Source of the DNA: Pseudogymnoascus verrucosus
Taxonomy: Eukaryota
NCBI GenBank assembly: GCA_001662655.1
Contig: KV460223.1
Length of the DNA: 64,000 nucleotides
Reading direction: 5' to 3' (one strand)
A program made the position numbers and the translations under genes. Of the stretch, positions 1 through 12,700 are shown in pieces. Positions within the stretch are counted from its first letter, which is position 1. The number at the start of each line of letters is the position of its first letter. The notes beneath the pieces were generated by a model. That model had not been told where the DNA came from, made no database searches, and was given only the letters and a program-made list of their open reading frames with translations.

Positions 1-542
1 CCCTCGTGATTGAAGACCGCGAGGTATGGGATGGGGCCAGCATTGAAGATGTCCGCGCCCATTTTCGGGACGCGATTTTTCATGAAGCCCTGGAATTGCA
101 ACGTATCAGCTATGATCCGGAGACGGAACACACTACTCCAATGACGCATCTTGCGCAGGATCCGAAGAGTTCCATCTGCTTAGTGATAGATGCTGAGGCG
201 TTGAGCTGGATGACGAATAGCGAGCCTCGGGAGAGGGGGATGTATTGTTTGAGGGAGGAGGAGCTCCGGGCGATGCCGAATGATCCTATGATGCATTTGG
301 ATTCAAGGCCTTTCAAGTGGGGGCAGCATGGCCGCGTGAAGGGTGTGGATGCTGATTGGCCGCGGCACAGTGATATTTGGGAGACTGATGAAAATGAGCC
401 TAGTATGCTTGGTGCGAGGAATGGTGTACCCGATCCACCTCGGCGAGTGTCACAGTATCACGGATGGAGGCCCGTGGAATGTGAAGAACTGTGGGGTTTG
501 TATAATGATGAGTTAAGAAACGGCGGAAGGCTAGGAAGATAG
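1..542 (+). CDS. Hypothetical fungal protein, 3' part (5' end probably outside window)
   Basis: Open frame from the window edge to TAG at 540-542 with protein-like composition (IEDREVWDGASIEDVRAHF...CLVIDAEAL). No family recognised. Confidence 0.55.
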   Translation, partial: LVIEDREVWDGASIEDVRAHFRDAIFHEALELQRISYDPETEHTTPMTHLAQDPKSSICLVIDAEALSWMTNSEPRERGMYCLREEELRAMPNDPMMHLDSRPFKWGQHGRVKGVDADWPRHSDIWETDENEPSMLGARNGVPDPPRRVSQYHGWRPVECEELWGLYNDELRNGGRLGR

Positions 543-850
543 AAAACAACTTGTAGATAGAATGAATCTATACTACTATCGATATCTAAATTTAACCCCA
601 GCAGCCGTGCATGCCATGGTTCATTCAGAAGACGGATTTGCAAAGGCTCTTAATCGTCGGAGCTACCATTCGCTTTGCACACAATTAGTGGTTGGATCTA
701 AACGTCCACTCTGCCCATAGTTGGGGGAACCGACGTGCATCATCTTAGAAAAAAAGCAGGGTACCATTACTTAGTAGATTGTGGATAGAGAACTTAGAGG
801 TACAGTTCTAGGTTTTGAAGTCTAATGTTCTAATAATCCTTTGTAGAAAC

Positions 851-1905
851 TCATGGATATCCCGCGACATGAAGCCCAGTTGCCACCATTTCCACACGAT
901 AGACATCTAAAGTTCGAACGTTCTGCAACACCAATGCCTTGTCAGGATCGTTAGCTGGCCGCGCGTTGTATACTCTTTCTAGTTCCCTGAGCCAGTCGTC
1001 CGCAAATTTATTAGCCCTCTCAACGATTTTCGGCATCTGGTAAGAAATAAATGCCTCCCATGAATCGGACAAATAGAGATCCCTATTAGGTCCGGGGGCC
1101 TGCCAAACATCTTCGATCATAACGAGCTATTCGCGGATAAGGTTGCAGAGCTGCTGCAGGCGACTCATTACAATAGGGGAGTTTAAGTAGTGTGTAACAG
1201 CAATTACCTATTGTTCGGTTAGTAACTTTTGTATGGAAGGGATCGCAAACGTACTCTTCGGATGTAGCTGAGAGCTGTACCAGGCTTATTACGCACAGCA
1301 TCATTCATTTTGTCGTCAGAAGTGGAATTGACACCTGCCCATAACTAAAATAAAATGGTTAGCGTAGGCAACGTACATAAGACTATTAGGCTTACTCGGG
1401 ATTTCGCGCCATTAATTGTGTCTCGTAATAGAACAAAGTTTCCGTGGTTCCATGTGCTACCTAGGGCCTCCATGATTCTATCACTTGGTATTTGCAAATT
1501 TGCAGTCTGACTTTGTACTGGGGTGATGAGGGGGGAGGTCGTGGGGATTATTTCCGAATTAAACCCCTGTGTAAAGAAATCGTAGGGGGTAACCGCTAAG
1601 GTGGTGCCGGGCACAATAGTTCTGTTAGAGAGATAGTGAAAAAAAGTATTCATCCCTTGAAACTCGATGATATGCTTAGCTAGGTAAGTTAGAAAATCTG
1701 TCGGTAACATTAACATTCTCACTTACTTTGGAAATAGTGAGGTTGCGGCAACATAATTGGAAGTCTAGTAGGGTCAATATGAGCAACCCTTGGATTAACA
1801 CAATCTTCCTCGTCCTCATAGTCGAAAATGCGGTCATAAATGGGATGATTTGAATCCCATTGTCCTCCGGAAGTAAATGGTTGTTCAAGGTACGAGATTG
1901 ATCCG
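851..1905 (-). pseudogene. 5'-truncated pseudogene fragment resembling the C-terminal region of large fungal subgroup C GH18 chitinases
   Basis: Three canonical introns (1680-1726, 1345-1395, 1208-1254) join the ORF pieces into SYLEQPFTSGGQWD...YFQTKHIIEFQ...PSDRIMEALGSTWNHGNFVLLRDTINGAKSRLW...IAVTHYLN. In-frame TAG at 1127-1129; no start codon or catalytic domain. Family call is from remembered motifs (TEHIxExQ; RIMxALGSxxN...INxxKxxLW). Confidence 0.6.
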
Positions 1906-1935
1906 AGTCTTCCTGCATACGGTTCTATCCTCTGT

Positions 1936-2676
1936 ATGACGCCGCAAGGCGGAACCGTTACTGCGACAGCACCAGTACCTGGTATCAGTATTGCGCCTGG
2001 TTATAATAAAGGATATGCGCAATATCTGGCTCTACCACCTGCAAACGCAACGACGGCAACTGGCACGACGCTTAATTGCGGGAAGTACCACGGAGCAGCT
2101 ACTGGCGAAACTTGCGCTACGATCTGTGTCAAGGAGGCGATATATATCGCATTGTTCCTTCAGGTGAACCCGAGCTTGAATCTCAACGATTGTACTGGCA
2201 GTTTGGCCGTAGGGAAGACTTACTGTGTTGGACCTGTTGCAGGGTGGGAGAACGATCCAATTATCGAGACGGACACTGACACGCAGACGGCAACATCGGG
2301 GCCTCGTCCTCGACCACTACAGCCACGTACTACCTCGACCTCTACATCTCCCTGTAAAACAGTCTCTGGCTTAGTCTCACCGACACCCCCAAGCGCTATT
2401 TGTGGGCAAAGGGGGACCTCGCACGCCCTAGAAGGATCTGGGACGTTAGTTGCCTACACAAGTGGTTCTCCACAGGTTGGCTCTATGGAAGCTTGCGCTG
2501 CACAGTGCGTCGCAACTGGGTGTTGCACGGCCTTCTATTTTATCAAGGGAGCTAACTGCAACTTAAAGTATGGGGCAAGAGCGTTCGATCAAAATGCTGC
2601 TGGGCCTGGAGGTATCCTATACGACTATTACGACCTTTCCTGTTTTACCTGTACTCCTAAATTTTGCTCGACTTAA
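1936..2676 (+). CDS. LysM-domain protein with C-terminal Cys-rich PAN/apple-like module, apparently 5'-truncated
   Basis: Fungal LysM pattern CGKYH...GETCATIC...IALFLQVNPSLN..DC..SLAVGKTYCVGP, then a Thr/Pro linker, then CAAQC...CTAFYF...CNLK. No signal peptide. The in-frame upstream YGSILCMTPQGG looks like the end of a lost preceding LysM repeat. Confidence 0.75.
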   Translation: MTPQGGTVTATAPVPGISIAPGYNKGYAQYLALPPANATTATGTTLNCGKYHGAATGETCATICVKEAIYIALFLQVNPSLNLNDCTGSLAVGKTYCVGPVAGWENDPIIETDTDTQTATSGPRPRPLQPRTTSTSTSPCKTVSGLVSPTPPSAICGQRGTSHALEGSGTLVAYTSGSPQVGSMEACAAQCVATGCCTAFYFIKGANCNLKYGARAFDQNAAGPGGILYDYYDLSCFTCTPKFCST

Positions 2677-3530
2677 CAGCGGGTAATGTACAAATTTATC
2701 AGTTGGTTCATTAGGCCTATATAGATTAGCTCATAAGATCAACTTTTTCTATTGCTAGCCATACACGCTGTGCTAATCCATCGCATACCTAAACCTGCGG
2801 GCCCACCATCGCAACGCTGCATCGGCTGTGTATAACTTTTTGGGATATATTCCCCGCCTTGTTATCCGTTTGTCCTCCACGATGCCTATATGTCTGTCTT
2901 TTTTTTTGTACGTGACCCTAGTGTCGGCGTTATGCCTCATCTCACATCATCCATCCCATCTCACCCGCTTCCCCAGCCATCCTCGCAGAAAAATCAAACC
3001 AAAAATGCATAGCAAAACAGGTATGCAAGCAAAAGCACCAAGCGGTAAGTGAGATAAAAATAAGGCGATCGGGAGACAAGAATCATCATGAGAAGATGGA
3101 AGGAAGCGCCAAGATAGAAGCACACGAAACCACAAAGCACTTAGAGAGAAGCAAGGAAGCAAGAAGTATAAAGTTAATAATAGTAATAAAAAAAACTAAA
3201 AGCCAAAAAAACAATAAGCAAAGAAGCAGAGTTGTTTAATTGAAGCGTTAAAAAATGTAGTCATTATGCCGTTTCAGGTGTCGGGATTAGGTTAGAAGAA
3301 AGGCGTTGTGGTGGCGGCGGTGGTGGTGAAGTTTGAGGTTGTGCGTACGCTGTATCCCAAAAAAAAACATCCAAAAAAATCATGACTCCTGTCCCATCTT
3401 CATCTGTCTTCGTCTGTCTCATCTGGTCTGTCTGTTTCCACCCCCAATTTCTCCTCTCTCAAACAAATTATTCTTTAATAAAAAAGATGTCGCTGCTTGA
3501 CTCGGCAGTTATTAAAATCGAAAGCCAGGC

Positions 3531-5331
3531 TTAAAGGCCCTGGTAGAAGTTGTTGCCAAAAACTGCGAGTCCACATGAGCCCTTGTCCTTACGTATAGCC
3601 ATAGAGGCGTTCATCCATAAACTGACCATGCTGCTGGTGCGAGAAGTCCCTCGCGTCTGATCCATCTTGGCTGTACTGCGGGCACCGTTAGCCTCAGTGT
3701 TCAACTCCTGGTTACGCGCGGAGCGGGCACGACTTACTATATCACCACCCCCTTCAACGCCACCTTGCTCATCCATCGGCTGGGAGGTCACAATGGAATT
3801 GCCGAATTGCCGTGTAGTCGACATAAACTGGCCCTGGAACTGCTCGGGAACAACATGGAGGCCCCCTTGCTGGCGGAGGAGATTCATGTTCTGCGCGATA
3901 AACAGAGGCTGCTGTTGCTGCTGCGCGGCCGTGGAGTGGGACTCAGCAGCGGCCCAGCCGGCTTGGAGGGCGCGGTCGTGCGGCCATGCGGTGCCTTGGC
4001 GCGAGACGTCCGAAGGGGTGGACCAGTTGGACTCAGAGGAGTTGTAGGGGGGAGAGGCGAGGGAGGGGTTATAGGCGGGGTCGGGGACTTGGAGGGTGAG
4101 TGGAGGAATGTCGCCGGGGCCAGAGCCGGGGTATACGTTTGAGGCGAAGGAGGAGTAGGTGGATTGTTCGAAGGCAGGACCGAGGGTGGAGGGGTGGCTG
4201 AGGAGGAAGTCAGAGGTCATGTTGGTGCTCATGGGGATGGTGTGGTAGGTGCTGGTGTTGAGGGCGTGGGAGGTCATGGAGCCTCTCGCGGGGGAGAATT
4301 GGAGACCAGAGCTCTCGGAGCCGTCGGTGCGACTATGGGGTCGTTGGTTGGAGGATTCTGAGACGTTAACCGCCTGGAAGGAACCCATTATGGGCTCGTA
4401 TTCTTTAGACAGGCGCATATTTGCACTTGCATTCGCCGTGGGAGCCTGGATGTTGGGAGATGCATAGTTGGAGTTGGGCGCATTCATGTTGGGCCGCTGC
4501 GGCGAATACTTTTGCGGTGGTGTTCGTGGGTTGCTGGATGTCGACGACGATCGTGATCTCTGCTCGTTGTCGATGGGCTTGTAGTCGCTGGTTCTATACG
4601 GCCCATCACCTTGGATTTCACTGCTTCATTATTAGCTCAGCTCTCGAGACGGGTGTTGGATATCTTACTGCCGGCTCATGTGCCGAGATAGAAGGTCAGG
4701 ACGGTGAAAGACCCTCTCACAATCTGGAAATGTGCACGGAAGCTTTGCTTGTTCGTGGCTTAGTTGGTGGCGTCTGTGAGATTCGTCAGTAAACCTTATC
4801 TGTCTCAACTATTTGAGATCCGTACCGTAAGTGCTCCGCTCTAGTGAAGGCCTGGCAACGTCAGCATGAGTAGATCAATGTCATCATATAAAGACTTACC
4901 TTTGGCTCATCACATTGCTCACAGACATGGACGGGCTGGCCCTTCTTTGCCTTGCTCACACGTCCAGTGACTGGAGTATATCGGACGGGTTGATCTGCCT
5001 CGAGCCCGCGCGGTAACGACGGTCTCGCATTATTTTGCGAGCCGCCTTGCCCGTAACCCGATGGATCCATCAACTCTGTGGCGCCGCTACTGCGCCGACG
5101 TGCTGTGCCTGAACGTGATGACCCCGCCGACGATGATGGCTTGCTGATGCGGGTTGGGCGTTTCCTTTTAACGGACCGCTGTGTAGTGCTTCGTTCTGTC
5201 CTCGACAATGAATTCGTTGGTCGTGTGTCGAGGGATTGGTTTTGAAGGAGCGCGATGTCTCTTGATCTTTGGATGGCTTGAGACTCGAGAGGCTCCACAT
5301 CCACGTCCATTATATCTCGTAGACTAGACAT
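3531..5331 (-). CDS. C2H2 zinc-finger transcription factor (multi-exon)
   Basis: Splicing gives YTPVTGRVSKAKKGQPVHVCEQCDEPK-AFTRAEHLR-RHQLSH...PCTFPDCERVFHRPDLLSRH (two C2H2 fingers) followed by a long Ser/Pro/Gln-rich exon ending at 3531. Confidence 0.85.
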
Positions 5332-5748
5332 TCTGGGCGATTGGAGACTTTATTTCGATAACGAAGGAAGACCGAGGCGGGATAGACTCCTTCAGCCCCA
5401 CGGGAATAGATATTCGGAGCTCGACGAATGGAAGAGGAAGAACAGATAGTGAGAGCGGAACGCAGATCCAGAATGTTACTAAGAATGTCACAGAGACAAG
5501 GAAGATTGATTGAATACCAAGCAATTGCGGCGGTATGACCAGAAAGAAGCGGACATCTGGGGGCGCTGCTACGCACTGCTGAACGATTTTGAACGGAAGG
5601 AAGGAACGAGATAGAGTGGTAAGTATTGGAGAGGTAGTATGGAGAGAGGAAGAAGAAGTCGAGTCTCTTTGGGGTCCTTATTTTTCCCCACCGAGCCTTG
5701 GCCAAAGCAAAGAAAGATATGTACCGGGCGATGGGGTGCAACGATGCC

Positions 5749-5833
5749 GGGGTGAGGGGGGTAGGGGAGGGGGGGGTAGGGGAGGGGGGGGTAGGAGGAG
5801 GGAGGGGATGGGGGTGGGGTGGGGTGGGATGGG
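5749..5833 (+). repeat. Dense G-tract low-complexity region (G-quadruplex-capable)
   Basis: More than ten runs of 3 or more G separated by 1-4 nt. Confidence 0.7.
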
Positions 5834-6734
5834 TGATGTTGGGGAGAATGAGATCAAGAGATTTTTTTGTAGGAACCTACCTAAGATCCCTGGGTTTGTC
5901 CATTGGTGAGGGTGAAGATGAGGGCGAGTAAGAGGGGGATGTTGGGATGTTTCGGTGTGGTGAGGACCGCGATTGGTGTATAGGCGGTATTCCTCGGCGC
6001 TTAAACGCGTCTTAAATAAGACCATACTAAGATGGATAGAGATGGTTAGTCGGGAGACGCAAAGCATGTAGAGTACAATACAGTACAGTGCATACCTTGT
6101 ACAGAGCTAGGATCTAAGATCCCTGTGTGATAATAAGTGTCTCTTGTGGTTTGTTGTTTTGTTCCTTTTGTTCAGTTCTGTACCCAGTGTACTGCATACG
6201 GAGTAGAGTAGTTTACTCGACGTGGTACTCAACCTCGGCCCTTGTGTTGCAAGCCAAGAGAAATGTGAGCATATTTAGAATAGGCATGCAGTAATTCGTA
6301 GAATATCGACTACTCCTGCGGTTATTTTAGATTATAGATTAAAGATTGTAGTGGGGATTGAGGGGAGGATGAGGTGCAGAATGGAGATGGATGGGAATGG
6401 GATTGGGAATGGGAATGGGATTAGGATGGAACAAAAGCAAGGGTTGGTAGTTGGGTACATGCACTGAAGACTTGAAGATGGTGGTGGTGAGTGGGTACTT
6501 TGAAACGCACGTTCCTTGGGTGGTGGTGGAAGTACCTTGTTAGAAAGTCTCACTTAGCCGTCCAGCGTAGCATTGCGATATGAGCAGGATTAGGGCACTG
6601 GTTATCGACAACGAGCACAATCAGTTGTCTGCGGTCTCGAATCGACAGCGTGAGGCATGATAAGCAGTAAGCAGCATGCACCGTAGGTATAGATAGAGTT
6701 TACAGCGCCAGCGGGGAGTACAGTAATACGGGAC

Positions 6735-6789
6735 TGTCGATTGTCGATTGTCGATTGTAAGATCTTCGATTCGATTCGATTATCGATTG
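6735..6789. repeat. Short tandem repeat (TGTCGAT)3 / (TCGAT)n
   Basis: Directly visible tandem units. Confidence 0.7.
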
Positions 6790-9721
6790 CTGATAGTACT
6801 GTACAGAGGCTGTGGCCGTTGGAATAAAGCCCAGGTCCGTAGCAGAATAAGCACAATAAGACCCAGCCATGAATCCCATGAAGCATACACAAAGGAATCC
6901 CGCGCGGGTTCCTTACTTACTCGCATGCGCACGCAGGCAGTGAATCCCACGGGTAGAATCCTATAGCGGCGTGCATATTCTAGACACGAGCAGTCCAGCA
7001 TCAGTACTCGGCTTCAGGACCCGACTTCACAACCCAAAGGAGCATCAAACATTGTGAGATGTTCGGGCCGTCAAAACAGCCCCTCGCAGCGTGGTGCAAT
7101 GGCATGCAGTGCAGCAGTGTTTGTTTGTTCTTCGAAGGATTCTCATCCCGGGGAGTTGTTCCCATCATCCCATCCCCACACACTTTTGGTGCGCTGCGTG
7201 TGTTGTGCTGTACCTTACTTGGCAACTATCCACATGCACGGCTGGACACAACAAGCAATCCATCCACCCACACGTTCTCAGCTCTGGGTATATTCGTACA
7301 TAATTCGTACATACTCGTACAGTACATGCTGATCGCTTCGTGCGTGTGCCAGCGTGTGAGCGTGTAAGCGTCAATTACGGCAAGGTAGAGAGAGTGAAAC
7401 ACCGTAGAGCGTGGTCGAAGTACCAGAAGTTGAACATTTTGACAGTGACACTGACAGGGACAGGGGTTCGACTACGGGAGACGGGAGGTGTCGTTTGAAA
7501 GGCCGCTATCCCCTGAGTGGCTTGGACTAGGATCGCGATGCTGTTCTATATTTGGCACCAACCAACGACATCCATGTCTGTCATCATCTGATGTCTGCCA
7601 TATTGCAGTACATTCTAGGCAGCAGAGTTAACAACAATCTACGGAGTTACTCTATTGTATTATTCTATACTACGACCCGACAATTCTATAGTAGTTTCTA
7701 TAATTGTGCTTCAGTCATAACTCCTATAACAGCTTATTGAATATACCATCTACGGCATACTATCTAGAGTCAAACACAGTAAGCACAGAACTCGAAACAA
7801 ACCCTCCTCCAACCCATCCCATCCGCTCGAGCGAACAAACACCCAATACCACGTCCAGTCCCTCACCTCACTCCACCGGCAACCGCAGAAATTCACCCGG
7901 CGGCAGAAAGCACAAAATTTCCGGCCAGACGGCATCACACCGCCCAATCGTGCTCCCCCCCCTCATCCCTGCACCCCATCCCAATCCCCATTCCCCATTT
8001 CCATCACCACCATCAATCACCAAGTCTCATCATCGTCGCACAAGCCATTCCCAAGTCCAAACACCCCAAACCCACCATCCAACCACCCTCCCCCTCGGTT
8101 CCCGAGACCATCACCCCATCAAACCCCCCCCCAACCAATCACCCCCCACCCCTGCAACCCACCAAACCTATTTTTACCCTCCGCCATCCCCACCTCTCCC
8201 CTGCACAAGCGCAGCCACGCCCGCCTCCAGCCGCCGTATATGCACCTACCCGCCCCCTCGCGCTCGCTTCATCCAGCAACCATGCGCGTGCGCATGCGTG
8301 TGCGTGGACCTGCGTGTGTCTGCGCGAGTTAGATGTGTGCAATCAATCAATACTCCGAGACAGGTTCACAGCAGACAGACACACACACACCCCACCATCT
8401 GGCGCTATCGCGCGCCGCAGCCGTGTAAGCGCCGGGCGCCCTGGGACGGGGGTTGTGATTCGCGAGGTGCAGGGGCCGGTGTCTACGCCGCTGCACGTCG
8501 TGTGAGATGGCTTTTTTTAGGAGCGCGCGTCGTTCGCTGGGTTTCTGTGTGCACACTCACTTGCGGAGGGAAACAAACTGTCCTCCAGCACAGAGCGACC
8601 AGTATAACCCGAACAGGACGCTGCGCGCGTAATAGTCTCCCACCGCGTCGCATCGCGCGACGTGGCGCAGACAAATGCGGATAAGAGAAGCGCGGCGCAA
8701 GCGGCGCGGCGCGGGAGGTGCTAGGTTCTAAGTTTAGCTCTCACTGTCCCGCCCTCCCCTCCTCCTCCCCTCCTCCTCCCCTCCTCCTCCACTCTTCCCA
8801 ACTCCCAGCTCCCAACTCCTCCCTCGCCCCACCCCTGCTCGCATCTCACACCATTCCCGTCCTCGCGGCGCCGCTTTGGTCTCCCCTTGGCCTGCCCCTC
8901 CCTCTGTGGATGCGACCAGGTATCCAGCCAGGCAGCCACGTAAGGCACGCGAGTGGAGAAATATTGCTCCCGCCCTCCAACACCTCTGATACCGCACCGG
9001 CGAAGTACAGATCCCCGAGGAGGATTCCCGAGTAGCTGAAGGATGGTAAGGTCAGGAGAGGGCCCGCTGCGGGACGCGGTGGGCTTGCTTACACCCGGTT
9101 CTGGGCGCGCGGAGCGGGCCATGTTGGTGCCGTTGTGGGGGCGTGTTGGTGGATCGGGGGGCGGGCTGGAGTAGGACGGGGGACGGGAGACGGGAGACGG
9201 GGAGGAGAAGGAAAGGGGAAGCATAAATTAAGGTGTGTGGGGTGTGGTGTTGGTGGTGGGTGAGGTGATTTGTTGGTTCGGTCTGCTGAAGGATTTGGGT
9301 TTAGGCAGCAGAGAAAGGGCGGGCAGTGGGGGCATGTCCACTTGCTCGCGGCGGTGAGGTGTCGTGCTTCACGGTGAGATAACTCCCTCGTGATGGACAG
9401 AGACCGCGGAGGAAGCTGGGCGAGAGTGGAACATTCACGGAAAAAATGAGACCGAGGCTCATGATACGAACATTTATGTTCATTTGATCTTTATCTGTAT
9501 GCTCTTGATTCCCATTTCCATTTCCATTTCCATTTGCTCGCAAGCAGCAACAACGCCTTGAAGCTGGAGCTTGATATGCCCAGTATGCTCACTTTCCCAT
9601 CCCAGAATGCTCACTATGTATGCCCATCATGTGTGATTACATGCCACACCGTTATCACCCTTCAACCTCCTAGGCTGCCTCTACCCTTCTTAGATTCTCT
9701 CCATTACATCCCCATCCTACC

Positions 9722-12700
9722 CTACGTCCTCACCAATCCCTTGGCAAGCAGCAGATTCTCCTGCGAAAAGATCCTCTGCCAAATCTCCAACCATCTCGCC
9801 AGACCCTCAGGCATGGGCTTCCCTGGGTTCTTGAAGCTGCGCGTCATGATCTCGCGCAGGCGCGTGCGCAGCGTCCGTAGTACGACCATGGTCTTCCAGT
9901 CTGAGACGGCGAAGCGCGCACGGTTGCCATCGAGGATTAACACGCCGGCGTAGAAGTCGCAGCGCACGTCGCCGCATAGGAGGGCGATAGCGAAGTCGGT
10001 TACGGCTGTGGTTTCGTGCGCGTTGTAGAATCTAAATTATGGGGTTAGTATGGAGATTGGTAATGAGTAGGCGACGGGAACTTACTGCTTGGCTTGCATG
10101 ATGTGGTAGTAGGAGAGCCAGTTGATCTCATGGTGACCTTTGTTGACGGAGGTGGGGTGTAGGGATATGGATTGGTTGTTTGCGACGTTGCGGAAGCCCT
10201 TGCCATCGCGAACGAGTAGCTTCGGGTACAGCGCCCAGGCGATGACGGATTGGGTGATCAGGTCGTTCTCGCTGTTGATGTTGGCGCGCTGCGGGAGCTC
10301 GAAGAAGTCGTGGCGTCGGCTCGAGTATCTGTTTCGCTTGATATGCGCGCGCTCACGTTCCGTCAGGGGCAGGAACCCGGAGTCGACGAGGGAGACGGTT
10401 AGTTGGCCCTTGAGATCTTCAATGTTGGATAGGGTTTGGGGGCTCAGGAAGTTCTTGCGGCAGAACTGGTACTCGGATCCGGTCGTGTTGCACACGCGTT
10501 TCCAGGCTAGGTATGCGTTGTAGTTTGTCAGCAGGTCGCTGTCTCCGCGGCGGAAGGCGAGCCTGACTGTGTCTGCTTGCTGGCGTGCGCCGAATGGGGC
10601 CTGGAATGGCGACTTGGAAGATAGGATTGCTGCGACGGTGATTGTTGCATCTAGGCACTTGAATATACTTCCTAGCAGGATCAACTTGCCCAGGAATACA
10701 TCGAGAGGTAGCCGCGACAGTTGTATGCCCAGAGGTGTGAGCTCTTCGGCAGCGGTGAGCGCTCTAACATCAATGAGTGCGTCGACAGCTCGGCGAATGT
10801 TCTTTGCCGACGGGGGATCGAGGGCCTGACCCAGCGTCTCCTCGATTCCTCCCAGCTTGCAGGTCTTGACTCGGATAGCCAGGTCTTGCAGTGATAGTCG
10901 CAGCAGCTCCGGAGTTTGCTGATCAGACATGAGCTCATCGTGCCGGTACTTCGTGAACAGATGGAAGCATAGTCCTTCCTGCACACGACCAGCTCTTCCT
11001 CGTCGCTGCTTCGCGTTGGCTCGCGAAATAAACGTCTCTAGTAGTCTCGAAAGTTGTCGTCGCTCATCAAACCTCATCTCGCGGTGCTTCCCCGCATCTA
11101 TTACGCAGGTAACATCCGGGATTGTGATACCGGTTTCGGCAATGTTCGTAGCTAACACTATCTTCCGGGTGCCAGGAGGAGGCACCAAAAATGCCGCTTC
11201 TTGGTCCTCACTCGCGATAGACGAATGCAGCGGGTATACATACCAATCCGTTCGGAAAGTAGGCAGCCCAAGGAGTATGTCATTCAATTGGCGGATTTCT
11301 CCAATACCTGGTAGGAATACCAAAATGGCCTTGCTGAAGGGAACATACCGCTCGTCGGTAGCGATCTTGGCTATGAGTTGTGCCACCAACTCAAAATCAA
11401 TCCGGTACTCATCCATTTGGAGGATGGTGTTCCGGGTCTTGGCGCTATAACCACGCAGCAGCTTCGTATTCTCTGCCTTCGTCTTTTCGCTCGTTGGTGC
11501 ATCCTCTAATTCGGCATCGTCGTCCAAGTCGGTATATCTCTTATTTTGTGAACCATTATCCAAAGAATAACCGGTAAGCTCCACGGCATCCTCGAGGTAG
11601 TATGAAGTAACTGGGAAGGTCCTTCCGGGGACTTGCAGAACCGGGGCGCCGTCCAGGTACTTCGAAAACCTTTCGGCATCGACAGTAGCAGACATTAAGA
11701 CAACCTTGAGGTCTGGTCTCCGGGCCATCAGCTTTCGGAGGATTATCAGCAAAAAGTCGCTGTCAATAGTTCTCTCGTGCACCTCATCCAAAACTATGTG
11801 TGTGATTTCTTTGAGATCGTTGGAGCTTTCCAACATGCGCATAACAATTCCAGTGGTGGCGTATACAACGCGAGTCTCCCGAGACGTGTTGGTTTCAAGG
11901 CGGATTGCATATCCGATCAATGACCTAGGCGTCCCGACGTCCCCTTTACGTTCCCCAAGCTCCTCGCTCACGCGCTTGGCAAGAGAGATTGCTGAAATTC
12001 TGCGTGGTTCTGTGCAATACAGCTTGCACGGCTTACCTTGTGAAAGCTGGTGTTCTAGAATAAATGCGGGCACCTGGGTGCTCTTACCACAACCCGTTTC
12101 TCCACAAATAATGACTACTTGCTCCCGATCAATTGTACGAAGAACTTCCTCTTTGTAGCCCCACATAGGCAATTGCATGCGAGACTGCCGCATTGTTTGG
12201 TATGAGGGCGTGTTGCTCTTGTCATGCCATATCCTCTTGAGAGTCTCGGGGGAGACACTAGAGCTACCTGGCGTCTCCGTCCCAGACTCATCGCTGGTAT
12301 CATTGGGAGTTAATAAGGCACGGCGTCTAAAGCTAGTCGTCAGCACGACACCATCTTCCTCTTCCCGATCCCTCTTCTGCCTGATAGTATCCCGAAAGCC
12401 GCGAATAGCTTCTCTATCGAGCGCATCCGCTTTTTCTTTCCTTGCAACAGCAAACTCCGTCCATAGCTCACGCCATACCGGAGGGAGTCGCAGGAACACT
12501 TTTTCTTCCCTCACTGAAGTGCTGAATATGAGAAACAGCGCTACGGTTGCGGCGTAAGATTCCGATTGGGCCGCATCAGGAGTAGAGATGCTGGTCATTG
12601 TAATCGTGATTGATTTTGGTGAACATATGCAATCAATCTCGGGAAAATCCGAAGTTGGCGACGGGACTTCTTGGGCCTTGGACCAATTTACCCTGACGGA

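Noticed and set aside
5881..6125. 12-mer CTAAGATCCCTG twice upstream of the C2H2 gene
   Set aside because: The same 12-mer also occurs inside PRO2 coding sequence (~63793); no independent support for function.
7704..9224. Long ORFs (326 aa +, 167 aa -) in the large intergenic region
   Set aside because: Pro/Ser/His/Arg-rich translations of skewed low-complexity DNA with no domain motifs.
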